The position numbers were made by a program, and so were the translations under genes. From NCBI GenBank assembly GCA_036723975.1, contig DAIMGJ010000006.1, positions 35,944-99,943 on the forward strand: a stretch of DNA of 64,000 nucleotides. Reading direction: 5' to 3'. The stretch comes from Lachnospiraceae bacterium (GTDB lineage: Bacteria; Bacillota; Clostridia; Lachnospirales; Lachnospiraceae). This document shows, in pieces, positions 1 to 10,978 of the stretch; position 1 is the stretch's first letter, and every line of letters starts with the position of its first letter. The notes beneath the pieces were generated by a model. It did not search any database, was not told where the DNA came from, and worked only from the letters and a program-made list of their open reading frames with translations.

Positions 1-1605
1 ATTCCGGGACCGGACTTTCCAACCGGAGGTATTGTCACAAATAAAGATGAACTCCATGCTATTTATTCCACCGGATCCGGTAAGATTAAACTTCGTGGAA
101 AAGTGGAAGTGGAAAACCTTAAGGGCGGAAGGGTTCAGGTAGTAATTACCGAGATTCCGTATACTATGATCGGTGCCAATATAGGTAAGTTTTTAAATGA
201 TATTTTTGCATTGGCCGAGAATAAGCTTACCAATGATATTGTTGATATTTCCAACCAGTCTTCAAAAGAAGGCATCCGTATCGTTATTGAATTAAAGAAG
301 GGTGCGGATGTTGATTATTTTTTAAATCTTTTATACAAGAAGACCCGTTTGGAGGATACCTTCGGTGTAAACATGCTTGCTGTTTGCAACGGAAGACCGG
401 AGACTTTGGGATTGGTTCCCATTATCCGTCATCACGTGGACTTCCAGTACGAACTCTGCCGCAGAAAGTATACGACACTTCTTGCGAAAGAACGTGAAAA
501 GAAGGAAGTTCAGGAAGGATTGATTAAGGCTTGTGATGTCATTGATTTAATTATCGAAATTTTACGCGGATCAAAGTCTATTGCGGATGCAAGAGATTGT
601 TTGATCAACGGAAATACCGAGCATATCAAATTTAAGTCAGAGCAGTCCCAAAAAGATGCGGCGATGCTTCATTTTACCGAACGTCAGGCAAAAGCAATTT
701 TGGAGATGCGTCTTTATAAATTAATCGGATTGGAAATTGAAGCTCTTCGTGCACAGTATGAAGAAACCATGCAAAAGATTTCCGATTATACCGAAATTCT
801 GGAAAAGAAAGCGGTAATGGCAAAGGTCATTATCAAAGATTTAAAGCAGTTTAAGAAGGATTATGCCAAAGAGCGTAAGACTGTGATTGATAATGTTGCG
901 GAAGCAGTTGTGGAAGAAAAGCCAATCGAAGAAATCGATGTGGCAGTATTGGTTGATCGTTTTGCTTACGCCAGAGTCGTTGATATGCCGACCTATGAGC
1001 GCAATAAAGAAACAGCAGAAGCGGAATGCAAAAAGATTATCTTCTGCAAAAATGTAGATAAGATTTTTGCTTTTACGGAACAGGGTCAGCAGTACATGAT
1101 TAAAGTCTTGGATTTACCTTTTGGTAAATTCAGAGATAAAGGCCTTCCGGTAGATAATGTTTCCAAGTTTGATGCATCGAAAGACCATATATTGTTTATG
1201 GATGCTATGCCAAATCTCCTTGGAAAGAAATTGGTATTTGGTACACAAAGTGGTATGATTAAATTGGTAGCGGGCGAAGAGTTTGACGTTACCAGAAAAC
1301 AGTCTCAGGCCACAAAACTGGCAGATGGAGATAAAGTATTGTGCGTTGGATTAGTGGAGACGGACGATACACTTGTAATGCAGTCAAAGAATAATTTCTT
1401 CCTACGAATTGATGCAGCCACAATTCCGGAAAAGAAGAAGCCGGCAGTTGGTGTAAGAGGAATGAAACTGGATAAGAAGGATGAAATGGCCGGTATTTAT
1501 TTGGTTCACAGCGGAGAAGATGTAAGTGTGGAAGTTAAAGGAAAGAAAGTCTTGCTTAAGAATCTTCACATCGGAAATCGTGATACCAAGGGAACCAAGC
1601 GATAA
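1..1605 (+). CDS. DNA gyrase/topoisomerase IV subunit A family protein, C-terminal part (5' end outside window)
   Basis: Frame 1 is open from base 1 (IPGPDFPTGGIV..., the conserved GyrA/ParC PDFPTGG motif) and continues into ORF 103..1605. No GyrA-box-like QRRGGKG motif seen in the CTD, so ParC-like is slightly favoured. Confidence 0.85.
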   Translation: MPGPDFPTGGIVTNKDELHAIYSTGSGKIKLRGKVEVENLKGGRVQVVITEIPYTMIGANIGKFLNDIFALAENKLTNDIVDISNQSSKEGIRIVIELKKGADVDYFLNLLYKKTRLEDTFGVNMLAVCNGRPETLGLVPIIRHHVDFQYELCRRKYTTLLAKEREKKEVQEGLIKACDVIDLIIEILRGSKSIADARDCLINGNTEHIKFKSEQSQKDAAMLHFTERQAKAILEMRLYKLIGLEIEALRAQYEETMQKISDYTEILEKKAVMAKVIIKDLKQFKKDYAKERKTVIDNVAEAVVEEKPIEEIDVAVLVDRFAYARVVDMPTYERNKETAEAECKKIIFCKNVDKIFAFTEQGQQYMIKVLDLPFGKFRDKGLPVDNVSKFDASKDHILFMDAMPNLLGKKLVFGTQSGMIKLVAGEEFDVTRKQSQATKLADGDKVLCVGLVETDDTLVMQSKNNFFLRIDAATIPEKKKPAVGVRGMKLDKKDEMAGIYLVHSGEDVSVEVKGKKVLLKNLHIGNRDTKGTKR

Positions 1606-1645
1606 GGCAATAAACAAATCCTGTGGATTATGAGGGGGACTTTCT

Positions 1646-2488
1646 ATGAACAAGAATGAAAGTAAAACTGCAAAACTAAATTCAAACTTTACGGGCATGA
1701 TGGCGGTTGTGATGTTATCCGTTTTGTTTATCGTCATTGGTGTGGTGATGTATGCGTATCCCGATATGCAGCTTAAAAATTTCACTTATGTGATAAGCGG
1801 CTTTTTCCTTGTGGGAGGTGCTTGGGAAGTTTGCAGATATTTTTTAAAAGAAGAATATCGAAATGTTGCCAATTATGATTTTTCAGCCGGAGTATTGCTT
1901 TTGATCATTGGATGTATCTCCATTATGAAAGAAGTGGCATTTACCGAGCGAATTTACTTGCTTCTGGGAGCGCTTGCTTTGGTTCAGGGAATCATTTTGG
2001 TGCAGTACACCATTGATATGGTGGCATTAAAGTCTTCTTTTTGGAGTTTGATGCTGATTCTTGCAGCAGCTCAAATTGCGTTATCGGTTTGTATATTGCT
2101 TGATATGGGTGGATACTTTTCCGAACCGAACTGGGTATTATTCGGCTCTTTGTTTGTATCCGGTATAATCGGGCTTTTGTCCTTGTTTGTTGTGGCGCTT
2201 CGAATCCGAAGATTCGAGCAATCCGAGGTGAAACATAAACTTCGGGAATTGGAAGATGATTTTACAGACTATCTGCCAAAAGAAAAGGGTGGAAGTGAGG
2301 ATTATTTCGAAGATTCTTATTTTTCGAATACGAAGAATAAGGAAGATTATTTTGAGGATGAAGGAATTGAGGATGATGAGCCTGAGGTGGATACATCATC
2401 CTTGAAACAAAAGATTCTCTCACTGAAATCCAACCGAAAGAGAAAAGAGAATAACGACTCTATTTTTGAGGATGAGGAAGTTATGTAA
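1646..2488 (+). CDS. multi-pass membrane protein (HdeD/DUF308-like topology) with acidic C-terminal tail
   Basis: 280-aa ORF with about 6 hydrophobic helices. Tail carries two EDYFED repeats. GAGGGGGA RBS upstream and intrinsic terminator downstream. Confidence 0.6.
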   Translation: MNKNESKTAKLNSNFTGMMAVVMLSVLFIVIGVVMYAYPDMQLKNFTYVISGFFLVGGAWEVCRYFLKEEYRNVANYDFSAGVLLLIIGCISIMKEVAFTERIYLLLGALALVQGIILVQYTIDMVALKSSFWSLMLILAAAQIALSVCILLDMGGYFSEPNWVLFGSLFVSGIIGLLSLFVVALRIRRFEQSEVKHKLRELEDDFTDYLPKEKGGSEDYFEDSYFSNTKNKEDYFEDEGIEDDEPEVDTSSLKQKILSLKSNRKRKENNDSIFEDEEVM

Positions 2489-2494
2489 GATTTT

Positions 2495-2523
2495 GGGAAG
2501 TGAGGTTTCACTTCCCTTTTTTG
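2495..2523 (+). terminator. intrinsic terminator after the membrane protein gene
   Basis: GGGAAGTGA-GGTT-TCACTTCCC 9-bp GC-rich stem followed by TTTTTTG. Confidence 0.7.
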
Positions 2524-2538
2524 TTTGGAGGGTATGTT

Positions 2539-3711
2539 ATGGCTAATATTTGTGATTATATTGATTGGAGAGGCGATATTCCTTTTGAGGTTGCACCCTT
2601 TAACGATGTGGACAATCTGATTTTATCAGAGCTGGTGTATTCGGATTTTGGCGGTATTGTGCCAAAGGGATTTCACCGTACCATAACGATAGCAAAAGCC
2701 AGAGAAAAGTTTTTTGAAAAATATACGGAAAAAGAAATCATGAATCAGGTTTCCACCGTAAAGATTGCCCCCTTTTTGATGAAGCATATGGAGGGAACTG
2801 TCCGATTCGATAACATAAAGCTTTGCGGCTACGTAAATGAGATTTCCAATGAGGATCAGGTACAATTTTCCGTAATGACCTGCATTTTACCGGACAATAC
2901 CGTTTATGTGGCATTTCGCGGTACGGATAATTCTTTGATTGGCTGGAAAGAAGACTTTAATATGAGTTTTGTCTATGAGACACCCGGCCAAATGAATGCA
3001 GCTAAATATCTAAATGAACATTTTAGTGAAGAATCAAGGCCGATACGTGTGGGAGGACACTCCAAGGGTGGAAACTTCTCGGTGTTTGCCGCCGCTTTTT
3101 GTGATAAAAAGATTCAAGACAAGATTATTGCTGTGTACTCCAATGATGGGCCGGGGTTCCGAAAAGAGGTTTTGGATGCTCCCGGATATAAGAGAATTCT
3201 TCCGAAGGTAATATCCACGTTGCCGGAAGATTCTTTGGTTGGCGTACTTTTGGGCAATGAGTATCAGAATCGATTTGTAAAAAGTGATAAGTCCGGAGGT
3301 GTGAACCAGCATAACGGATTTACCTGGCAAGTGACAAAAAACGGCTTTGAATATGTGGAGAATCAAGGTGAGAATTCTTTGATTATGGAGGATTCCTTAA
3401 AACTCTGGCTTTCGGATTTGGATGATGATAAGAGAAAGAGATTTGTAGATCTTTTGTTTGATACATTAATGGCTTCCGGAGCAAATACTATGGATGATAT
3501 TGTTGCTCATGGCTTAAAATCCATAACCGAAGGATTTAAACAGTTTAATGATGCTACAGAAGAAGACAAGAAGCTGTTTATGGAGATATTTAAGAGGCTT
3601 GCAAGTAGTATTCGAGTATCTGCAACCAATCGTTACAAACAAAAAATAACATCGAATATTAAGGACTTTGTCAGTGGTTTTATTGAGACGCAACCGGATG
3701 TAGAAGTTTAA
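2539..3711 (+). CDS. DUF2974/Mbeg1-like alpha/beta-hydrolase (lipase-like serine hydrolase)
   Basis: GHSKGG nucleophile-elbow motif (GxSxG). N-terminus CDYIDWRGDIPF typical of the DUF2974 family. ATG 2539 is preferred over 2500 because 2500 lies inside the upstream terminator and GGAGG sits 7 nt before 2539. Confidence 0.7.
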   Translation: MANICDYIDWRGDIPFEVAPFNDVDNLILSELVYSDFGGIVPKGFHRTITIAKAREKFFEKYTEKEIMNQVSTVKIAPFLMKHMEGTVRFDNIKLCGYVNEISNEDQVQFSVMTCILPDNTVYVAFRGTDNSLIGWKEDFNMSFVYETPGQMNAAKYLNEHFSEESRPIRVGGHSKGGNFSVFAAAFCDKKIQDKIIAVYSNDGPGFRKEVLDAPGYKRILPKVISTLPEDSLVGVLLGNEYQNRFVKSDKSGGVNQHNGFTWQVTKNGFEYVENQGENSLIMEDSLKLWLSDLDDDKRKRFVDLLFDTLMASGANTMDDIVAHGLKSITEGFKQFNDATEEDKKLFMEIFKRLASSIRVSATNRYKQKITSNIKDFVSGFIETQPDVEV

Positions 3712-3720
3712 AATAACGTC

Positions 3721-3749
3721 TTGCATTTTATATTTTGAGTGTTATAATA
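3721..3749 (+). promoter_or_regulatory. sigma-A-type promoter of groESL
   Basis: TTGCAT (3721-3726), 17-nt spacer, TATAAT (3744-3749), directly upstream of CIRCE. Confidence 0.6.
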
Positions 3750-3759
3750 ATCATTGTGA

Positions 3760-3786
3760 TTAGCACTAGACGACGATGAGTGCTAA
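3760..3786 (+). promoter_or_regulatory. CIRCE operator (HrcA binding site)
   Basis: TTAGCACTA-N9-GAGTGCTAA, one mismatch to the CIRCE consensus TTAGCACTC-N9-GAGTGCTAA. Lies between the promoter and groES. Confidence 0.9.
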
Positions 3787-3815
3787 TAATTCAAAAATTA
3801 AGGAGGGATACTGAA

Positions 3816-4100
3816 ATGAAGTTAGTACCTTTATTTGATCGTGTTGTTTTAAAACAGTTAGAAGCTGAAGAAACTACAAAATCTGGAATTATTTTGGCAT
3901 CTTCCGCACAGGAAAAACCACAGGAAGCAGAAGTTATCGCTGTTGGACCGGGTGGAATGGTTGACGGTAAGGAATGTGCTATGCAGGTAAAAGCCGGACA
4001 GAAGGTTATTTATTCGAAATATGCCGGTACAGATGTAAAGTTGGACGGAGAAGATTACATCATTGTTCGTCAGAGCGACATCTTAGCTGTTGTAGAATAA
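3816..4100 (+). CDS. groES: co-chaperonin GroES
   Basis: MKLVPLFDRVVLK... typical Cpn10. AGGAGGG RBS precedes ATG 3816. The upstream part of ORF 3780 overlaps CIRCE. Confidence 0.97.
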   Translation: MKLVPLFDRVVLKQLEAEETTKSGIILASSAQEKPQEAEVIAVGPGGMVDGKECAMQVKAGQKVIYSKYAGTDVKLDGEDYIIVRQSDILAVVE

Positions 4101-4125
4101 GTTTTTCACTATAGAAAAGAGGTAG

Positions 4126-5757
<1,632 letters not shown>

Positions 5758-5786
5758 AGCTACGAGCCGAGTATAGAAAACAAAGG

Positions 5787-5830
5787 AATCCCTGCTCCGT
5801 AAATTTATTTACGGGAGTGGGGATTTTTTT
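5787..5830 (+). terminator. intrinsic terminator after groEL
   Basis: AATCCCTGCTCCGTAAA / TTTACGGGAGTGGGGATT imperfect stem followed by TTTTTTTG. Confidence 0.75.
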
Positions 5831-5838
5831 GTTTTCGT

Positions 5839-5892
5839 ATATTGGGCGACAGCCCAATATGAAAAAGAATTCGTATGAAATACGAATTCTTT
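5839..5892. repeat. two adjacent perfect palindromes/hairpins
   Basis: ATATTGGGC-GACA-GCCCAATAT (5839-5860) and AAAGAATTCGTAT-GAA-ATACGAATTCTTT (5864-5892). Confidence 0.8.
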
Positions 5893-5930
5893 GAATACGG
5901 CTCGTAATAATATTTGCGAAGCTAAAAACA

Positions 5931-5959
5931 TTGCATAAAACCGTCGCTTTTGGTACATT
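5931..5959 (+). promoter_or_regulatory. candidate sigma-A promoter for proB
   Basis: TTGCAT-N17-TACATT with TG two nt upstream of the -10 (extended -10-like). Confidence 0.3.
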
Positions 5960-6004
5960 ATAGTGAGAAAAAAGAAACATTGATTATTTGATTTTGGGTG
6001 ATTT

Positions 6005-6850
6005 ATGAAAAATATGAATTTTTCAAAAAAGAAGCGAGTCGTTGTTAAAATCGGTTCAAATTCTTTGGTACACAAAAAGACCGGAATGCTTGATTATATC
6101 AAGTTGGAAAAGCTGGTGCGTGAGGTTTGTGATTTAAGAAATCGTGGACTCGATGTATGTCTGGTATCTTCCGGAGCCATTGCGGTAGGTCGTCAGACAT
6201 TAGGGTATAAGACGAAACCACGTGAAATGGCACTTCGTCAGGCTTTAGCCTCTGTGGGACAGGCCAGACTAATGAGTGTGTACCAGACCTACTTTTCACA
6301 GTACAATCAGAATTGCGGGCAGGTTCTTATGACCAAAAACACAATGCTTGATAATGTTTCCAGAAAGAATGCACAAAACACTTTTGAGAAACTGTTTGAG
6401 CTTGGAGTGATTCCGGTTGTAAATGCCAATGATACGGTATCTACTTACGAAATCCAGTTCGGTGATAACGATACCTTGGCTGCAGTTGTAACTTCTTTGG
6501 TGGGAGCGGATCTTTTGATTTTGCTTTCCGATATTGACGGGCTTTATACGTCAGATCCAAAGAAGGATTCGGAAGCACAGTTGATCGGCTATGTGGACAG
6601 CATCGATGACAATCTGATGTCTATGGCATCTTCCGAACCCGGAAGTTCCATCGGAACCGGTGGTATGACCACAAAGATTCGTGCCGCTCAGATTGCGGGT
6701 AAAAGCGGTGCGGATATGATTATTGCAAATGGTGCAGATGTTTCTGTTTTGCATGAAATCTTTGAAGGACAGTTTGTTGGGACGTTTTTTAAGGGGCATA
6801 AAGATATCGATTTTGATATTTTAGATGTGATTGAAGAGGAAATTGGGTGA
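6005..6850 (+). CDS. proB: glutamate 5-kinase (short form without PUA domain)
   Basis: VVKIGSNSL, VSSGAIAVG, GDNDTLAA and GTGGMTTK motifs align to ProB along its length. Confidence 0.93.
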   Translation: MKNMNFSKKKRVVVKIGSNSLVHKKTGMLDYIKLEKLVREVCDLRNRGLDVCLVSSGAIAVGRQTLGYKTKPREMALRQALASVGQARLMSVYQTYFSQYNQNCGQVLMTKNTMLDNVSRKNAQNTFEKLFELGVIPVVNANDTVSTYEIQFGDNDTLAAVVTSLVGADLLILLSDIDGLYTSDPKKDSEAQLIGYVDSIDDNLMSMASSEPGSSIGTGGMTTKIRAAQIAGKSGADMIIANGADVSVLHEIFEGQFVGTFFKGHKDIDFDILDVIEEEIG

Positions 6851-6854
6851 GTAT

Positions 6855-7409
6855 ATGAATGAAGCGCATAATATTCGTGAACAGATAAAGGCTTATCGTA
6901 AAACATTAAGTGATGCAGAGGTTCTTAAACTTTCGAGTCAAATAGAATCAATGCTTTACGAGGAAATCCACAAGCAGGAACGAATGGATATCCTCTGTTT
7001 TTATCCTTTGGAAACAGAAGTGAATCTTTTGGCGTTATATGAAAAGTTGTTAAAGGAAGGATATCGTTTGTATTTTCCTAAAACCTATTCCGAAGAAATC
7101 CTGTTTTATCGTATTGATTCAATGAGGGATTTTAAAATAGGCGCTTTTCAGATTATGGAACCATACAGTACCGCCGATAGGTTTTTGTTTCGGGATGAGC
7201 CTTGTGTATGTATTGTCCCCGGACTTGCTTTTTCAAAGGATGGTCATCGCATCGGATATGGTGGTGGCTATTACGATCGCTTCTTAAAACGAAAGGATAT
7301 ATTCAAAATCGGAGTGTGTTTTGAAAAACAAATCATTGAGTTCAAACCACAGGGGTATGACGTGGATATGGATGCGGTGATTACAGACCAAAATATTTAT
7401 AAAAATTAG
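6855..7409 (+). CDS. 5-formyltetrahydrofolate cyclo-ligase
   Basis: About 184 aa with the C-terminal GYGGGYYDR motif typical of MTHFS. ATG 6855 follows the proB stop. Confidence 0.85.
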   Translation: MNEAHNIREQIKAYRKTLSDAEVLKLSSQIESMLYEEIHKQERMDILCFYPLETEVNLLALYEKLLKEGYRLYFPKTYSEEILFYRIDSMRDFKIGAFQIMEPYSTADRFLFRDEPCVCIVPGLAFSKDGHRIGYGGGYYDRFLKRKDIFKIGVCFEKQIIEFKPQGYDVDMDAVITDQNIYKN

Positions 7410-7420
7410 AAAGAAAATCT

Positions 7421-8839
7421 ATGAATACAACATTAAATCAGATTCCGGAAACGGAACCGCAACGTCAGTTTTATTTTATGAATCTTGCCAAGGAACTTCT
7501 TCGAAAAAAAGAAGAGGAATTGGGAAGAAAACTTACCTTTCATGTAACCACCTTCGGTTGTCAGATGAACGCCAGAGATTCAGAAAAACTTGTTGGTGTT
7601 TTGGAAAGTATCGGCTACGAGGAAAGCGACGACGAAGAGTGTGATTTCGTGATTTATAATACCTGTACCGTACGTGATAACGCAAATCAGAAAGTTTACG
7701 GAAGATTGGGATATTTAAACGGATTTAAAAAGAAGAACCCGGAGATGAAAATCGCACTTTGTGGCTGTATGATGCAAGAGGAAAGTGTGATTGAAAAGAT
7801 AAAAAAGAGCTATTCCTTTGTGGATCTTATTTTTGGAACCCACAATATTTATAAATTTGCCGAGCTGGTTTGCCAAATGATGACTTCGAAAAAAATGGTC
7901 GTAGATGTTTGGAAGTCCACCGACAAAATTGTGGAAGAACTTCCTACGGAACGTAAATACGCCTTCAAGAGCGGCGTAAATATTATGTTTGGCTGCAACA
8001 ATTTCTGCAGCTATTGTATTGTTCCGTATGTTCGCGGACGTGAGCGTAGCAGACAGCCAAAGGATATTATCAAAGAAATTGAGACCTTGGTTGCAGACGG
8101 CGTAGTAGAGATTATGCTTTTGGGACAAAACGTGAATTCTTACGGTAAGAATTTGGAAGAGCCTGTAACTTTTTCAGAGTTGCTGGAAGATGTATGTAAA
8201 ATTGAAGGATTACAGCGTGTTCGTTTTATGACGTCTCATCCGAAGGATTTGTCTGATGACTTGATTCGTGTGATGAAAGAAAACAAAAAGATTTGTCGTC
8301 ATATGCATTTACCCTTGCAGTCCGGTTCTTCGAGACTTCTTCAAGATATGAATCGTCATTATGACAAAGAAAAGTACTTAAGCCTTATTGAAAAACTTCG
8401 TGAAGCAATGCCGGATATTGCTATTACGACAGACATTATTGTTGGTTATCCCGGAGAAACGGAAGAAGACTTTTTAGAAACAATGGATGTTGTGGAAAAG
8501 GTAGAGTTTAACTCTGCATTTACCTTTATTTATTCTCCGAGAACCGGAACACCTGCGGCAGCGAAAGAACAGATTCCGGAAGATATCACAAAACATCGTT
8601 TTCAGAGACTTCTTCGCGTAGTTCAGGAAAAAGGACAAAAGAAAACGGCGGAAATGACCGGTAACGTGGAAAAGGTATTGGTAGAGCAGGTAAACGAGCA
8701 TGATGATACCCTTGTAACAGGAAGATGTGATAACAATACACTGGTGCATTTCAAAGGAGATGCTTCATTAATCGGAAAGATTGTTTCCGTAAAACTTACA
8801 GAGTGTAAGGGATTTTACTTTATGGGAGAACAGGTCTAA
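7421..8839 (+). CDS. miaB: tRNA (i6A37) methylthiotransferase MiaB
   Basis: N-terminal FGCQMN cluster, radical-SAM CNNFCSYCIVPYVRG, C-terminal TRAM domain. Confidence 0.93.
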   Translation: MNTTLNQIPETEPQRQFYFMNLAKELLRKKEEELGRKLTFHVTTFGCQMNARDSEKLVGVLESIGYEESDDEECDFVIYNTCTVRDNANQKVYGRLGYLNGFKKKNPEMKIALCGCMMQEESVIEKIKKSYSFVDLIFGTHNIYKFAELVCQMMTSKKMVVDVWKSTDKIVEELPTERKYAFKSGVNIMFGCNNFCSYCIVPYVRGRERSRQPKDIIKEIETLVADGVVEIMLLGQNVNSYGKNLEEPVTFSELLEDVCKIEGLQRVRFMTSHPKDLSDDLIRVMKENKKICRHMHLPLQSGSSRLLQDMNRHYDKEKYLSLIEKLREAMPDIAITTDIIVGYPGETEEDFLETMDVVEKVEFNSAFTFIYSPRTGTPAAAKEQIPEDITKHRFQRLLRVVQEKGQKKTAEMTGNVEKVLVEQVNEHDDTLVTGRCDNNTLVHFKGDASLIGKIVSVKLTECKGFYFMGEQV

Positions 8840-9445
8840 ATGTACGCTTATATTGACGGAATTGTTGAAGAAGTAACAGAAAAATATGCTGTACTTGACA
8901 ATCAGGGTATTGGGTATGAGATTTATATGCCAAGTACCTCTCTTTCAAGGTTGGTGCATCATGAAAATATAAAGATTTATACCTATTACTCTGCAACGGA
9001 TAACGGTACATTTCTTTACGGATTTTTGACGAAGGAAGAGAAGCGATTGTTTTTGCTTTTGATTAGTGTCAGCGGTGTGGGACCAAAGGGGGCAATGGCG
9101 ATTTTATCCGTTTTGTCTCCTGAAGATTTAACCTATGCCATTATCGGAGAAAACGTAAAAGCCATAACGGCTGCTAACGGTATCGGTACGAAAGCCGCAC
9201 AAAAAATTATAGTAGAATTAAAAGATAAACTTGATTTGGGTGCAACCATTGAAAGCTCCCTGACAAAGGGTGAAGCGTCACAGGATTCTTCCCTTGGAGC
9301 TATGAAAAATAATGTTTTAAGCGGTCTTACCGCCTTGGGATTTTCTTCGAGTGACGCCATCAAAGCATTAAATCAGGTGGAAGTTGATGAGGATGTAACA
9401 GAAGAGTATTTGCTAAAAGCGGCTCTTTCCAAGTTGAAAAGATAG
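8840..9445 (+). CDS. ruvA: Holliday junction branch migration complex subunit RuvA
   Basis: MYAYIDGIV... OB fold, HhH motifs (VSGVGPKGA, ANGIGTKAA), immediately upstream of ruvB. Confidence 0.95.
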   Translation: MYAYIDGIVEEVTEKYAVLDNQGIGYEIYMPSTSLSRLVHHENIKIYTYYSATDNGTFLYGFLTKEEKRLFLLLISVSGVGPKGAMAILSVLSPEDLTYAIIGENVKAITAANGIGTKAAQKIIVELKDKLDLGATIESSLTKGEASQDSSLGAMKNNVLSGLTALGFSSSDAIKALNQVEVDEDVTEEYLLKAALSKLKR

Positions 9446-9448
9446 TAT

Positions 9449-10444
9449 ATGAAAAACAGAATTATAACGACAGAATTAAATAATAAGGAAGAACTTTCCA
9501 ATGAAAACATTCTTCGCCCCATTACTTTAGAGGATTACATTGGTCAGACACAGGTAAAGGAAAGCCTTTTGGTTTATATGGATGCAGCTAAAAAGCGTGG
9601 AGAATCTTTGGATCACGTTCTTTTGTACGGACCTCCGGGACTGGGCAAAACCACTCTCGCCAATATTATTGCTACGGAAATGGGCGTAAATATTAAGATT
9701 ACCACCGGACCGGCGATAGAAAAACCGGGAGATATGGCAGCAATCTTAAACGGACTTTCCGAAGGTGATGTACTTTTTATCGATGAAATTCATCGCTTAA
9801 ATCGTCAGGTTGAAGAAGTGTTGTATTCCGCCATGGAGGATTTTGCCATTGATGTGGTGCTTGGAAAAGGACCTACCGCCCATTCCATTCGCCTTGATTT
9901 ACCGAAGTTTACTTTGGTTGGTGCCACAACACGGGCCGGTCTTTTGTCTGCACCTCTACGTGACAGATTTGGCGTAGTATTTCATTTGGAATTCTACACT
10001 CCGGAAGAATTAAAGACGATTATTATAAATTCTGCTGCCCGTTTAAATGTTGAGATTCATGAAGAGGGAGCTTATGAACTGGCACGAAGGAGTCGCGGAA
10101 CCCCAAGACTTGCCAATCGTTGGTTAAAACGTGTCAGGGATTTTGCAGAAGTCCGTTATGATGGTGTGATTTCAAAACGGGTGGCATCGGATACCTTGGA
10201 TCTTTTGGATGTTGATACGTTAGGACTTGACCGCTATGACAAAGAAATTTTGCTTACAATCATGCAAAAGTTTGGCGGAGGACCGGTGGGCTTGGATACT
10301 TTGGCAGCTTCTATCGGAGAGGATGCGGGAACTATTGAAGATGTTTATGAACCGTATTTGGTAAAGAACGGATTTATTAATCGTACTCCAAAGGGAAGAG
10401 TGGCGACGGACTTTGCATATGAACACTTCGGAATGAAAAAATGA
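9449..10444 (+). CDS. ruvB: Holliday junction DNA helicase RuvB
   Basis: Walker [10 protein letters not shown], Walker B FIDEIHR, RuvB winged-helix C-terminus. Confidence 0.98.
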   Translation: MKNRIITTELNNKEELSNENILRPITLEDYIGQTQVKESLLVYMDAAKKRGESLDHVLLYGPPGLGKTTLANIIATEMGVNIKITTGPAIEKPGDMAAILNGLSEGDVLFIDEIHRLNRQVEEVLYSAMEDFAIDVVLGKGPTAHSIRLDLPKFTLVGATTRAGLLSAPLRDRFGVVFHLEFYTPEELKTIIINSAARLNVEIHEEGAYELARRSRGTPRLANRWLKRVRDFAEVRYDGVISKRVASDTLDLLDVDTLGLDRYDKEILLTIMQKFGGGPVGLDTLAASIGEDAGTIEDVYEPYLVKNGFINRTPKGRVATDFAYEHFGMKK

Positions 10445-10474
10445 TTGTATTTTTCGGATGTTTATGACTATAAT
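10445..10474 (+). promoter_or_regulatory. candidate sigma-A promoter for zapA
   Basis: TTGTAT-N18-TATAAT. Confidence 0.4.
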
Positions 10475-10503
10475 AATAGAGATTTATTATCTTGGAGGAG
10501 TAT

Positions 10504-10929
10504 ATGTCAGCGAAAAAAAGTACACAAGTGCTTATTGGGGGAAAAATATATACTTTAAGTGGCTACGAGGAAGAAGAGTATCTCCAGAAAATCGCTACTT
10601 ATATCAATGGAAAGCTCTCCGAGTTCGAAGAACTTGAAAGCGTTCATAACTTCACTGTAGATATGAAGAATACTTTGTTGGATATTAATATCGCAGATGA
10701 CTATTTCAAAGCAAAAGATTTGTGCGAGAAATATGAGGGGGATCTGGAAAACAAAGACAAAGAGATCTACGATTTGAAGCATGATTTGATTTCAAATCAG
10801 GTTCGTATTGAGACCTTAGAGGAACAAATCGGAACACTTGAAGCTGAAAAAAAAGAACTTTTAGCCTTGAAAGCGCGGTTAGAGGCTTCCTTGGAGGATG
10901 CCTTGCTTGGACCGGGTTCAGAGGATTAA
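10504..10929 (+). CDS. zapA: cell division protein ZapA
   Basis: STQVLIGGKIYTLSG... ZapA N-domain followed by a coiled coil. GGAGGAG RBS before ATG 10504. Confidence 0.85.
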   Translation: MSAKKSTQVLIGGKIYTLSGYEEEEYLQKIATYINGKLSEFEELESVHNFTVDMKNTLLDINIADDYFKAKDLCEKYEGDLENKDKEIYDLKHDLISNQVRIETLEEQIGTLEAEKKELLALKARLEASLEDALLGPGSED

Positions 10930-10932
10930 TCT

Positions 10933-10964
10933 GCAGGGGAAATTCCCCTGCTTTTTGTTTTTTG
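10933..10964 (+). terminator. intrinsic terminator after zapA
   Basis: GCAGGGG-AAATT-CCCCTGC followed by TTTTTGTTTTTTG. Confidence 0.8.
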
Positions 10965-10978
10965 TATAGGAGTCGATT

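Noticed and set aside
2270-2420. Duplicated EDYFED motif in the acidic tail of the 1646-2488 membrane protein
   Set aside because: The repeat is real but short and low-complexity, and no functional inference can be supported.
2500-2538. Upstream start codon of the DUF2974 ORF (and similar 5' extensions of groES, MTHFS, zapA, rpmB, dprA, topA, fliI, fliL, fliQ, flhA, cheD, rpsB and the 59670 ORF)
   Set aside because: The extensions overlap terminators, operators or the preceding gene and lack an RBS. Internal ATG/GTG codons with proper Shine-Dalgarno spacing, and N-termini matching the families, were chosen instead.
5831-6004. T-box or other riboswitch leader upstream of proB
   Set aside because: No T-box consensus (AGGGTGGTACCGCG-like) and no specifier-loop architecture are present. 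The region is too short once the groEL terminator is removed.
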